Shown piece by piece: positions 38,303 through 47,946 of a DNA stretch of 64,000 nucleotides (the first letter of the stretch is position 1; every line of letters begins with the position of its first letter). Made by a program: the position numbers and the translations under genes. Location: assembly GCA_963752285.1 (NCBI GenBank), contig CAVVXN010000002.1, forward strand, positions 128,001-192,000, read 5' to 3'. Source of the stretch: an uncultured Planctomycetota bacterium (GTDB lineage Bacteria; Planctomycetota; PLA2; JAEUHO01). The notes beneath the pieces were generated by a model, which worked only from the letters and a program-made list of their open reading frames with translations, had not been told where the DNA came from and did not search any database.

Positions 38303-39115
38303 ATGCGGCGGTCACCCTCGGGTCAGGGGCGCTCCCGGCTCCCGCTCCTCCTCTTCGGGCTCGCGGCGCTGCCCCTCCTCGCCGCCTGCGCGTCCCAGGG
38401 GCCCGGCGCGTCGGCGCCGAGACCCGCCTCGAGCGCGGCGCTCGTGCCCCTCTCCAACCCCGACCTCGCCGTTCCGCCCGGCATGATCATGCCCCCCGGC
38501 GGCGAGCGCGAGCTCCAGCGCATGCACTTCGAGGAGCAGGAGCGCCAGCGCGCCGCCGAGGTCTCGGCCCGTTCCGAGCCGGCCGCCGCGCCCGCTACGC
38601 CGACCGGGCCGCAGGTCCGCGTCACGTGGGAGGCGCTCGCCGTCGAGAAGGAGCGCTTCGAGAACCCGCGCGACCCCCGCTCCGACCCGCGCTACCGCGT
38701 GGGCCTCGCGATGCAGCAGAAGGTCGTCATGGTCAACGCGTCGAACGTCGAGGCGCGGGCCAACCAGCTCGGCGTGACGGCCAAGCGCGACCGCGGCGTG
38801 TCGGTCGCGACGATCCCCGACGCCGACATGCAGACCTTCCTCCAGCAGCTCGACCAGCGGGGCTTCTTCCGCGTGGCCTCGCCGACCGACGAGGTCGAGA
38901 GCCTCTTCTCGAGCCCCAACGCGCGGGGTCGCGTCACCGTCGAGAGGGACGGTCGCTCGTGGACGCTCCTGTCGATGCGCGGCCAGGGCCTCAACGCCTC
39001 GACGAAGGAGATCCCCGCGGTCTACTCCGACTCGAAGCGTGCCGTGATCCTGATGCGGAACAGCACGTCCGCGATGAGCGTCGTGGGCCTCCAGGGCGCG
39101 GTGCTCTCGAGGTGA
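38303..39115 (+). CDS. Hypothetical lipoprotein
   Basis: GAGGAG RBS; LLAAC lipobox. Confidence 0.75.
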   Translation: MRRSPSGQGRSRLPLLLFGLAALPLLAACASQGPGASAPRPASSAALVPLSNPDLAVPPGMIMPPGGERELQRMHFEEQERQRAAEVSARSEPAAAPATPTGPQVRVTWEALAVEKERFENPRDPRSDPRYRVGLAMQQKVVMVNASNVEARANQLGVTAKRDRGVSVATIPDADMQTFLQQLDQRGFFRVASPTDEVESLFSSPNARGRVTVERDGRSWTLLSMRGQGLNASTKEIPAVYSDSKRAVILMRNSTSAMSVVGLQGAVLSR

Positions 39116-39179
39116 CGCCCATCGCAACCGTGGGTCGTGGACCGCGCGCCGCGCAATCGGTCCTCGGGTCGTACGTCGC

Positions 39180-39902
39180 TTGTCCTCCTACGCGATCCTG
39201 ATCCCCGCGCGCTACGGGAGCACCCGGCTCCCCGGAAAGGTCCTCCTCGACGAGTCGGGGAAGTACCTCGTGCAGCACGTCCACGAGCGGGCGCTCCTCG
39301 CGCCGGGCCAGCCGCGCGTCCTCGTGCTGACCGACGACGAGCGCGTGGAGGCCGCCGTCCGCTCGTACGGCGGCGAGGTCCGCCGGACCCGGGCCGACCA
39401 CGTCTCCGGGACCGACCGCTGCGCCGAGGCGGCGCGCGACCTCGACGTGGACGTCGTCGTGAACCTCCAGGCCGACGAGCCGCTCGTCGAGCCCCTCGAC
39501 CTCGCGCGCCTGGCGGACGAGGCGGGCCGCCCCGGCGTGGACGTGACGACGCTCGGCCACCCCTTCGTGGACCCGCGGGACGAGGCGAACGAGAACGCCG
39601 TGAAGGCGCTCGTCCGGCCCGACGGGACGGCGGTGGACTTCCTCCGCGAGGCCCCCTCCGCCCGGGAGCGCCAGGGCCTCCGGGTGCTCCACCACGTGGG
39701 GATCTACGCGTACCCCCGCGAGCGTCTCCTCGCGCTCTCGGCCCTCCCCCCGACGGAGCGGGAGCAGGAACGGCGCCTGGAGCAGCTCCGGGCGCTCGAC
39801 CACGGCTGGCGCATCGTGGTCCTCCCGGCGCACCGGAAGGGCCGCGGGATCGACACGCGCGAGGACTACGACGCCTTCCTCCGGCTCGTCCGGAAGGCCT
39901 GA
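39180..39902 (+). CDS. kdsB: 3-deoxy-manno-octulosonate cytidylyltransferase
   Basis: IPARYGSTRLPGK, SGTDRCAE, VVNLQADEP, HVGIYAY, LEQLRAL. Confidence 0.93.
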   Translation: MSSYAILIPARYGSTRLPGKVLLDESGKYLVQHVHERALLAPGQPRVLVLTDDERVEAAVRSYGGEVRRTRADHVSGTDRCAEAARDLDVDVVVNLQADEPLVEPLDLARLADEAGRPGVDVTTLGHPFVDPRDEANENAVKALVRPDGTAVDFLREAPSARERQGLRVLHHVGIYAYPRERLLALSALPPTEREQERRLEQLRALDHGWRIVVLPAHRKGRGIDTREDYDAFLRLVRKA

Positions 39903-40028
39903 CCGCCCCTCGCCGGCCCCGGGCGTCCGCGCGCGCGGCCCCGATTTCCGGGCCCCGGCCGCCGTCCCCGCCCTCGGGTAGATGAGGACTCCCGAGCGAG
40001 TAGACTCCGACCTTTCCAGGGGACAGAC

Positions 40029-41657
40029 GTGACGAAGTTCATCTTCGTGACCGGCGGCGTGGTCTCGAGCCTGGGCAAGGGCCTCACGTCGGCCGCGATC
40101 GGCCTCCTCCTGGAGGGCCACGGCTTCAAGGTCCAGCACCAGAAGCTCGACCCCTACCTGAACGTGGACCCGGGGACCATGTCGCCGTACCAGCACGGCG
40201 AGGTGTACGTCACCGAGGACGGCGCCGAGACGGACCTCGACCTCGGCCACTACGAGCGCTTCACCGAGGGCGCGGTCCTCACGAAGGACAGCAACTACAC
40301 GACGGGCAAGATCTACTCGTCGGTGATCGAGAAGGAGCGGCGGGGCGACTACCTCGGGCGGACCGTGCAGGTCATCCCGCACGTGACCGACGAGATCAAG
40401 GCCGCCGTGCGCCGCGGCGCGGGCGACGCGGACGTGCTGATCTGCGAGCTCGGCGGGACGGTCGGCGACATCGAGGGCCTGCCGTTCCTCGAGGCCATCC
40501 GTCAGTTCGTCCTCGACGTCGGGCCGGGCAACGCGATCGTCTGCCACCTGACCTTCATCCCGTACCTGCGCACGAGCGGCGAGCTCAAGACGAAGCCCAG
40601 CCAGCACTCGGTGCAGCGGCTCCGCGAGATCGGGATCATGCCCGACATCCTGATCTGCCGGACCGAGCGGCCGATCCCGCCCGACGCGAAGGCCAAGATC
40701 TCGCTCTTCTGCAACGTCCCGAGCGAGGCCGTGATCGAGGAGCAGGACGTCCCCACGAGCATCTACGAGCTCCCGCAGATGCTCGCGGAGCAGCGCCTCG
40801 ACCGCATCCTCGTGGACCGCCTCCACCTGCCCGACACGAACCTGGAGCTCGGGCGCTACCACCAGCTCCTCGAGCGGATCCACAACCCGCGCCGTCAGGT
40901 CGAGGTCGCCCTCGTCGGGAAGTACGTCGAGCTGACCGACGCGTACAAGTCGGTGTACGAGGCCATCGCGCACGGCGGCTTCGCCGCCGAGACGAAGGTA
41001 CGCGTGCGGCGCGTCCAGTCCGAGGAGGTGACCCCCGCACGGGTGGGGGAGCTTTTGGGTGGGGTCCACGGCGTCGTGGTGCCCGGCGGGTTCGGCGATC
41101 GCGGCATCCAGGGCATGATCGAGACCACCCGCTGGGCGCGCGAGAACGGGACGCCCTTCCTGGGGCTCTGCCTCGGCATGCAGTGCGCGACGATCGAGTT
41201 CGCGCGGAACGTGCTGGGCCTCGCGGGCGCCCACTCGACGGAGTTCGACCCCGACACGCCCTACCCCGTGATCGACCTGATGCCCGAGCAGCAGGGCCTC
41301 CAGAAGGGCGGCACGATGCGCCTCGGCGCGTACCGCTGCGCGCTCCGCGCGGGCTCGATGGCGCGTGCGATCTACGGCGACGAGACCGTGCTCGAGCGCC
41401 ACCGGCACCGGTACGAGTTCAACAACGTGTACCGCGAGCGCTTCGAGAAGGCGGGGCTGTTCGTCGGCGGCGTGAACCCCGAACGGGACCTGGTCGAGAT
41501 CGTGGAGATCCACGACCACCCGTTCTTCCTCGCCGTGCAGTACCACCCCGAGTTCAAGAGCAAGCCGACGCGCCCGCACCCGCTCTTCCGCGCGTGGGTC
41601 GCCGCGGCGCTCGAGCACATGGACTCGGTGGTGCCGCAGCCCGAGGAGCGGGTCTGA
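40029..41657 (+). CDS. pyrG: CTP synthase
   Basis: [51 protein letters not shown]. Confidence 0.97.
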   Translation: MTKFIFVTGGVVSSLGKGLTSAAIGLLLEGHGFKVQHQKLDPYLNVDPGTMSPYQHGEVYVTEDGAETDLDLGHYERFTEGAVLTKDSNYTTGKIYSSVIEKERRGDYLGRTVQVIPHVTDEIKAAVRRGAGDADVLICELGGTVGDIEGLPFLEAIRQFVLDVGPGNAIVCHLTFIPYLRTSGELKTKPSQHSVQRLREIGIMPDILICRTERPIPPDAKAKISLFCNVPSEAVIEEQDVPTSIYELPQMLAEQRLDRILVDRLHLPDTNLELGRYHQLLERIHNPRRQVEVALVGKYVELTDAYKSVYEAIAHGGFAAETKVRVRRVQSEEVTPARVGELLGGVHGVVVPGGFGDRGIQGMIETTRWARENGTPFLGLCLGMQCATIEFARNVLGLAGAHSTEFDPDTPYPVIDLMPEQQGLQKGGTMRLGAYRCALRAGSMARAIYGDETVLERHRHRYEFNNVYRERFEKAGLFVGGVNPERDLVEIVEIHDHPFFLAVQYHPEFKSKPTRPHPLFRAWVAAALEHMDSVVPQPEERV

Positions 41658-41998
41658 TGCCCGACGAGAAGGTGCCGCCCTCCGAGCCCGCCGCCCCGGC
41701 GTCCGGTCCCCCGGGACCCGACCCGGCCGAGCCCACCGCCTTCATGATGCTCTGCGGCGGTCTGGCCGCGCAGGTGCAGATGGCCCTCGGCCTGATCGAG
41801 GACCCCGTCGAGAAGAAGCCCAAGGTCGAGCTCGACGCCGCGCAGCAGGGCATCGACCTCCTGGTCACGCTCCAGCAGAAGACGCGTGGGAACCTCGAGC
41901 CGCGGGAGGAGAAGCTCCTCGGCGGCCTCCTCACGCAGCTCCGTCTGATCTACGTGGAGGTCGCCAAGGCCCGCGCCGCGCTCGCGGAGGGGTCCTGA
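41657..41998 (+). CDS. DUF1844-family protein
   Basis: ALG...DP, IDLL..LQQKTRGNL...E...L...L..LRL.YV; start overlaps the pyrG stop. Confidence 0.8.
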   Translation: MPDEKVPPSEPAAPASGPPGPDPAEPTAFMMLCGGLAAQVQMALGLIEDPVEKKPKVELDAAQQGIDLLVTLQQKTRGNLEPREEKLLGGLLTQLRLIYVEVAKARAALAEGS

Positions 41999-42011
41999 CC
42001 CGGACGGCTCC

Positions 42012-43322
42012 TCAAGCCTTGAAGTAGTGGGGCTTCCCCTGCAGGCGGGAGGCCAGGGCGTTTCGCGTGTCCACGACGAGACGCGCGTGCTTCGCGATCT
42101 GGTCCCAGTCGAACGCCTTGTGGTCGGTCGCGACGACCACCACGTCCTGCGCGGCGATCGTCTCGGGGTCGAGGTCGAGCGAGACCCAGTCGGCGATGTC
42201 GTGCTCGCGCATCTTGTGGCCGCGCGGGACGTGGGGGTCGGAGTAGCGGACCTCGGCGCCGAGCGCCTTCAAGAGCTCGATCAGGACGATCGCCGGCGAC
42301 TCGCGGACGTCGTCCACGTCGGGCTTGTACGCGAGGCCCAGCACGAGCACCTTCGCCCCCTTGAGCGCCCGGCCCGTCTGGTTGAGTGCGAGCATGGTCT
42401 TCTGGACCACGTAGCGGGGCATCTCGGTGTTGATCTCGCCCGCGAGCTCGATGAAACGCGTCGGCCGCCCGAACTTCCGCGCGACCCACGTGAGGTAGAA
42501 CGGGTCGATCGGGATGCAGTGGCCGCCGAGCCCGGGACCCGGCGTGAACTTCATGAACCCGAAGGGCTTGGTGGCCGCCGCCTCGATCACCTCCCACACG
42601 TCGATCCCCATCGAGTCGAGGATCACCTTCAGCTCGTTCACGAGTGCGATGTTGATGGCCCGGAACGTGTTCTCGAGGACCTTCGCGGCTTCCGCGACCT
42701 CCGCCGTGGACACGAGGTGGACCGACTGGATCGCCGCCCGGTAGAGCTCGTACGCGACCTGGCCGGACGCTTCGTCGATGCCGCCCACGAGCTTCGGGAT
42801 CGTGGAGGTCGTGACGCCCAGGCGACCCGGGTCCTCGCGCTCGGGGCTGTGGGCGAGGAGGAAGTCCTTCCCCATCCGGAGTCCCGTCGCCTCGAGGATC
42901 GGCCCCATGAGGTCGCGCGTCGTGCTGGGGTACGTGGTGGACTCGAGGACGACGAGCTGTCCCTTGCGGAGCGTCTGCGCCACCTGTCGCGTCGAGACCT
43001 CGACGTACGAGAGATCGGGCTCCTGGTGCTCGCCGAGGGGCGTGGGGACGCAGAGGAGGACGGCGTCGGGCTCGCCGAGGCGCGAGAAGTCCCCGGTCGC
43101 CTCGAAGCGTCCGCTGGCCTTCATGCGCTGCGGCATCTCCGGCCCGAGGTGGTGGAGGTACGCCTCGCCCCGGGCGAGCGCCTCGATCTTCCGCTCGTCG
43201 GTGTCGAAGCCGAGCACCCGGAACCCGGCGTCCACGAACGCCGAGGCGAGCGGGAGCCCCACGTACCCAAGTCCCAGGATCCCTACGACGGCGGTCCTGT
43301 CGGCGATCTTCTCGCGGAACAT
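42012..43322 (-). CDS. Nucleotide-sugar dehydrogenase (UDP-GlcNAc/ManNAc 6-dehydrogenase family)
   Basis: GLGYVGLP, CVPTP, ESTTYP, SPEREDPG, PGPGLGGHCIPIDP, GLAYKPDVDDVRESP. Confidence 0.92.
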   Translation of the reverse strand: MFREKIADRTAVVGILGLGYVGLPLASAFVDAGFRVLGFDTDERKIEALARGEAYLHHLGPEMPQRMKASGRFEATGDFSRLGEPDAVLLCVPTPLGEHQEPDLSYVEVSTRQVAQTLRKGQLVVLESTTYPSTTRDLMGPILEATGLRMGKDFLLAHSPEREDPGRLGVTTSTIPKLVGGIDEASGQVAYELYRAAIQSVHLVSTAEVAEAAKVLENTFRAINIALVNELKVILDSMGIDVWEVIEAAATKPFGFMKFTPGPGLGGHCIPIDPFYLTWVARKFGRPTRFIELAGEINTEMPRYVVQKTMLALNQTGRALKGAKVLVLGLAYKPDVDDVRESPAIVLIELLKALGAEVRYSDPHVPRGHKMREHDIADWVSLDLDPETIAAQDVVVVATDHKAFDWDQIAKHARLVVDTRNALASRLQGKPHYFKA

Positions 43323-43427
43323 CTCGGTGCTCCCTCCTTCGGAACCCGGGAACATATCCGGAGGCCGGGCACCCGGACCCGTACCGTGGGAGAGCGCGGT
43401 CGGGCCGCCACCGCCTCCGGAGCCATC

Positions 43428-43901
43428 GTGAGCACGAACGAGATCCTGCACCTGACCGTCCGGCCGTCGCGCGCCGACGACGCGGACGTCCTCGCCTCCT
43501 TCAACCTGGCCATGGCCGACGAGACCGAGGGCCTCGCCCTGGTCCCCGAGGTCGTGGCGGAAGGCGTGCGCGGCGTGTTCGCCCGTCCCGACCGCGGCTT
43601 CTACCTCGTCGCCGAGAACGAGGGCGAGGTCGTGGGGGCCCTGATGGTGACCCGCGAGTGGAGCGACTGGCGGAACAGCGACTTCTGGTGGATCCAGAGC
43701 GTGTACGTCCGACCCGATCACCGCCGACGCGGCGTGTTCCGGAGCCTGTACGCGGCCGTTCGCGCGGCGGCGCTGGCCCGCGCGGGCGTCTGCGGCCTGC
43801 GCCTCTACGTCGAGCACGAGAACCGGGAGGCGATGCGCGTCTACGCCGCGCTCGGCATGCGCGAGGCCGCGTACCGGATGTGGCAGGACACGTTCGCCTG
43901 A
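43428..43901 (+). CDS. GNAT-family N-acetyltransferase
   Basis: EWSDWRN..FWWIQSVYVRPDHRRRGVF, GLRLYVE.EN..A..VY..LGM. Confidence 0.88.
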   Translation: MSTNEILHLTVRPSRADDADVLASFNLAMADETEGLALVPEVVAEGVRGVFARPDRGFYLVAENEGEVVGALMVTREWSDWRNSDFWWIQSVYVRPDHRRRGVFRSLYAAVRAAALARAGVCGLRLYVEHENREAMRVYAALGMREAAYRMWQDTFA

Positions 43902-43938
43902 CGCGCGCGCAGGTCGCGCGGCGCGAGGCCCGCCCGGC

Positions 43939-44586
43939 CTAGGCCATGTGCCGCCGGCGCCGCCGCAGCACGAGCCCGACGACCCCGAGCCCCAGCAGCG
44001 CGAACGTCCCCGGCTCGGGCACGGGACTCACGCCCGCGTTGCGGTAGCTGTCGCTCTGGCACTGTGTGCCGATCGCCTGCACGTGGAGCCCGATCGTGTC
44101 GTCGAGCGATCCGTTCGCGAAGCCCGCGGCGAGCTGCGTCCACGTGTGACCGGAGGCGAGATCGAACGTGAAGGTGATCCACTCCGACGCCGTGTCCACG
44201 CCGTTCGGCTCGACCGGAGCGTCGGAGTCCGCGGAATACCCCGTGGAGCCGCCCCAGCCCAGGCCCGGCGGGTGGCCCGGTGTGGCGCCGCTGGAGTACG
44301 CGACGCCGGCCGAGGCCAGGATGGAAGGCGCGCCGTCGAGCCAGGCGTCGTACGTGTCGCGGAAGTAGATGTCGCAGATCGAGGAGCTGATCCCGATCGC
44401 GTTCGAGAACGTGAAGCTCACGGTGCTCAGGTCGCCGTCCACGAGGCACGTGAGCTGGCCGGCGAGGTCCTCGGCGGCGTTCGTCGTGCCGCGCTCGAAC
44501 TGGAGGGTGATCGGCTCGGCCTGGGCCGCCCGGGCCCAGCCGAGGGCCCCGGTCCCGAGGAGCAGCGCGACGGCGCAGATTCGCAT
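43939..44586 (-). CDS. PEP-CTERM protein
   Basis: AAQA-EPIT signal; IGLHVQAIG..SDSY; PVPEPGTFALLGLGVVGLVLRRRRR. Confidence 0.9.
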   Translation of the reverse strand: MRICAVALLLGTGALGWARAAQAEPITLQFERGTTNAAEDLAGQLTCLVDGDLSTVSFTFSNAIGISSSICDIYFRDTYDAWLDGAPSILASAGVAYSSGATPGHPPGLGWGGSTGYSADSDAPVEPNGVDTASEWITFTFDLASGHTWTQLAAGFANGSLDDTIGLHVQAIGTQCQSDSYRNAGVSPVPEPGTFALLGLGVVGLVLRRRRRHMA

Positions 44587-44634
44587 CCGACCCTCCGAGC
44601 CCGTCCCTCCCCGGGACGGCGACATGTTCAGGAG

Positions 44635-44705
44635 ATATTAACGGGCGCCCAGCCCCCGACAATGGGCGGCCGGCGGGCCGTGGATTCGTATCGTGCTAGG
44701 CACGA
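44635..44705 (-). promoter_or_regulatory. Putative sigma70 promoter plus upstream palindrome
   Basis: TTGTCG-N16-TAATAT (44662-44635); TCGTGC-TAG-GCACGA at 44691-44705. Confidence 0.45.
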
Positions 44706-44778
44706 CGCGGCGGGGGCGCTCGGGGGCGGTCCGATCCGGCCGCCCGGGACGGCCCCTCCACGCCGGTCGCGGCGCGGG

Positions 44779-47700
44779 TCAGCGGCCGGCCGCGCGGGTG
44801 CGGGCGCGCAGGGTCTCGACGTACCGGGCGACCTCGTGGTTCAGGGGGTTCAGTCGGGCCACGTGCTCGTAGGCCCGGAGCGCGCCCTCGGCGTCGTCTC
44901 GGAGGTCCGCGGCGGCGCCCACCCGGAACCAGCGGAGGTCGTCGTCGGGGACCCGCTCCGCGTCCTCGAGGAGGACGGGGACGATCGCGTCCAGGAGCGC
45001 CCGGTTCGCCTTCACCCGCTCGTATCCGTCGAGCGCCGTCTGGGCCGCCGCGCGGCGGACCGCCCAGGAGGGGTCGTCGAGGGCCGAGCGGAGCCGGGCG
45101 TCCACCTCGTCCCCGCGCGCGCCCGCCAGCGCGCGCACCGCGCTCCGTCGGATCAGCGAGTCGGGGTCCTCGCTCGCCCGGAGGATCGTCCCGAGCACCT
45201 CCGCCCGCGCCTTCCCCACGTAGCGGCCGAGGAGGAGCGCCGCCGTCGCGCGGGCCTCGCGCGGGGCGGTCTCGTCGTCCACGCCGAGGAGCAGGCCCTT
45301 CCAGGCGTCGTCGTCGCCGCGGCGTGCGGCCGCGATCCGTCCCATCCACGGTCTCGGCCACGTGCGCGCGGGCCACCACGACTCGTACGCCTTCTCGATC
45401 TGGCCGTCGTCGAGACGCGGCACGTCGTCGGGCGCGTCGTAGCCCCCCTGGTGACACCAGGTGCACGCGTCCGTCGTCATGCGGTCGGATCGGAGGCCGA
45501 GGCGCGGGATGCCGATCGTGTGGTCCGCCACCGCGCCGTGCCCTCGTTCGATCGTGAGGAAGGGCATGTGGCACGGGACACACTGCCCGCCCTCGCGCCC
45601 CGGGTCGTGGTGGCTGTGGAGCCCGGCCTCCTCCACGTGCTCAGGATGGCACTTCACGCAGAACGAGCCGTCCTCGGGCGCGTGGCGTAGCAGCGAGCGC
45701 ACCCCGCTCCCGTGCGGCGCGTGACAGGTCGAGCAGGTGAGCCCGCCCTTTCGCGCGCACTGGCTCGTCGCGAGCGGCAGGCCGTCGTAGACGAGCTCGA
45801 GCGCGCGACCCGTGGCGTCCACGCGCTCCGGGTCCACGATCAGGGACGGGTCCTTGTAGTCGTAGAGGTCCTTCTCCGCCGTCCACGGCGGGTCGAGGAC
45901 CTCGCCCTCCTGGTGACAACGGGTGCACGTCGCCGTGCGCCGCGCGAGCGGCAGTTCCTCGAGGCGGGGCATCGCGCGGTCCATCTCGAGCCGCTCCCAG
46001 GCCTCGGCGTGCTTCCTTCCCGGCCCGTGACACGCCTCGCAGTCCACCGCGTACGCGCGCCACACGGAGCGGGGACCCCGGTCCGTCGGCCCCGGGTCGC
46101 GCCACGTACGACCGCTCATGTGGCACACGGCGCACCGCGCGTCCCACGAACGTTCGGGTCCGGTCCAGAACGAGCCGTCTCCGGGGTTCACGACCGGCGG
46201 CGTCATCCAGTCCTTCGTCGGCGCCCCGAAGATCAGCGCGGTGTAGTCGAACCACGAGTCCGTCGGGAGCTCGTACATCGGCGGCAGCACCTGCAGCCGG
46301 CCGTCGTCGAGTCGCGTCACGAAGAACCGCACGCGCAGGTGCCCCGCCACCATCGAGATCGGGTAGCGGTGGACCTCCCCGTCCTCGGCGACGACGTCGG
46401 CGAACCACCGGTCGCCCTCGGCCTCGAACCGCGTCCGACCCGGCGGATGCGACGCGACACCGCCCTCGAGCACCTCGGCGGGCATGTCCGCGGCCGTCGG
46501 GAAGTACGACGTCCTCGCGTGGCTCGACTCGTGCCACGCCTCGTACGCCTGCTTGTGGCACCGCGCGCACCACACGGTGCCCGCGAACTCGCCGCGGTGG
46601 GGGGGCGCCTCGCGCGCGGGGGGCCGGGGCGGCGGCGCCGGGGCCGGGCCGGCCGGCGACCGGTCGAGGAGGACCACGCGCGGCGCGAGGTCCTGGTCGA
46701 GGAGCGCGAGCCGTTTGCCGTCGGCCGAGAGGCGGGCCGCGATCGTGTGCCCGCTCTCGTCGGGGATCCGGCAAAGCAGGCGCCCGTCGGGCGTGTAGAG
46801 CGCCGGCCCGCCGTGCTCGAACGGGAGCGCGAGCAGGAACGAGCCGTCGGGCGCGAAGCGAACGTCCGCGACGGGGTCCGTGGCGCCGCCCATCGTGGCG
46901 AGGAGACGACCGCCGAGGTCGTAGCGGCGCGCCGCGCGGTCGAGGCCGAGCGTCACGACGCTCTTCGCGTCGGGCGCGAACACGACGCGATGGAGCGGCA
47001 TCTCGGGGCCGGCCAGCACGGCCATGGCCCGGCCCGCCTTCGCGTCGAAGAGCCTCGCGGTCTGGTCGAGCGACGCGGTGGCGACGAGCGCGCCGTCGGG
47101 CGAGAAGGCGATGTCCACGACCGGCGCGACGTGGCCGTCGAGACGCGCGACGAGACCGCCGTCCGCGTCGTAGAGCGCGACCGTGTTCCCCGGACCGCGG
47201 AGCGCGAGCCGCGAGCCGTCGGGCGAGAACCACGCGCGGTCCGCACCTCGCGCCGCCTCGTCGTCGAGCGTCGCGACGTCGTCGCCCGCGGCGGTCACGA
47301 GGCGCGCCGTGCCGTCGGGAACCAGCAGCACGATCCGGTCGCCCGCCGGCGACGTCTCGAGGCCCTCGATGTCGTGCCGGTCGCGGAGGTGCTTCGTGCG
47401 CTCGCCCTCGGCCGACCAGAGGATCACCGTGCCGTCGAGCGAGAGGGTCGCGACCACCGGCTGCTCGGCCGTGCCGGCGAAGCGCGCCTCCACGACCTCG
47501 CGCTTGTGGCCGAGGAGCCGCGCGATCTCCCGATTCGCGCCGAGGTCGAAGAGACGTGCGTCCTCGTCGGCCGAGACCGTCACCAGGAGCGGGGGGAAGC
47601 CCCGCGGCGCGACGGCGAGTCGCGACACGGAGTCCAGGTGCCGCCCGAGGAGCCGCTCGGTCTTCCCGTCCGGCGCGAAGAGGCGCACGACGCCGTCGAG

Positions 47701-47892
47701 GCCCGAGGTCACGAGACGCCCGTCCGGACCGGCGAACGCGAGGCAGAGCGTGACGCCGCGCGCGGCGTCCCACGGGAGGGGCTGCGGGCCCGCCTCGTCG
47801 CGGTCGCACGCCGCGAGGAGGAGCGCCAGGAGGAGGGCGGCCCGGCGGAACGACACCAGGAAGGATTGTCGGGCCGTCGCGCGCGGCGGCAA
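44779..47892 (-). CDS. Lipoprotein with WD40 propeller(s), 8-heme cytochrome c domain and HEAT/TPR tail
   Basis: LLAAC lipobox; GH...FSPDG...ATASLD repeats; CARCH, CAVCH, CEACH, CTRCH, CSTCH, CVKCH, CVPCH, CTWCH; DPDSLIRRSAVRAL HEAT. Confidence 0.88.
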   Translation of the reverse strand: MPPRATARQSFLVSFRRAALLLALLLAACDRDEAGPQPLPWDAARGVTLCLAFAGPDGRLVTSGLDGVVRLFAPDGKTERLLGRHLDSVSRLAVAPRGFPPLLVTVSADEDARLFDLGANREIARLLGHKREVVEARFAGTAEQPVVATLSLDGTVILWSAEGERTKHLRDRHDIEGLETSPAGDRIVLLVPDGTARLVTAAGDDVATLDDEAARGADRAWFSPDGSRLALRGPGNTVALYDADGGLVARLDGHVAPVVDIAFSPDGALVATASLDQTARLFDAKAGRAMAVLAGPEMPLHRVVFAPDAKSVVTLGLDRAARRYDLGGRLLATMGGATDPVADVRFAPDGSFLLALPFEHGGPALYTPDGRLLCRIPDESGHTIAARLSADGKRLALLDQDLAPRVVLLDRSPAGPAPAPPPRPPAREAPPHRGEFAGTVWCARCHKQAYEAWHESSHARTSYFPTAADMPAEVLEGGVASHPPGRTRFEAEGDRWFADVVAEDGEVHRYPISMVAGHLRVRFFVTRLDDGRLQVLPPMYELPTDSWFDYTALIFGAPTKDWMTPPVVNPGDGSFWTGPERSWDARCAVCHMSGRTWRDPGPTDRGPRSVWRAYAVDCEACHGPGRKHAEAWERLEMDRAMPRLEELPLARRTATCTRCHQEGEVLDPPWTAEKDLYDYKDPSLIVDPERVDATGRALELVYDGLPLATSQCARKGGLTCSTCHAPHGSGVRSLLRHAPEDGSFCVKCHPEHVEEAGLHSHHDPGREGGQCVPCHMPFLTIERGHGAVADHTIGIPRLGLRSDRMTTDACTWCHQGGYDAPDDVPRLDDGQIEKAYESWWPARTWPRPWMGRIAAARRGDDDAWKGLLLGVDDETAPREARATAALLLGRYVGKARAEVLGTILRASEDPDSLIRRSAVRALAGARGDEVDARLRSALDDPSWAVRRAAAQTALDGYERVKANRALLDAIVPVLLEDAERVPDDDLRWFRVGAAADLRDDAEGALRAYEHVARLNPLNHEVARYVETLRARTRAAGR

Positions 47893-47946
47893 CGTTCGCC
47901 CGCCCGCTGGGGACCTCCCACCGGTTCGCGTCGCCCGTGGCTCTCG

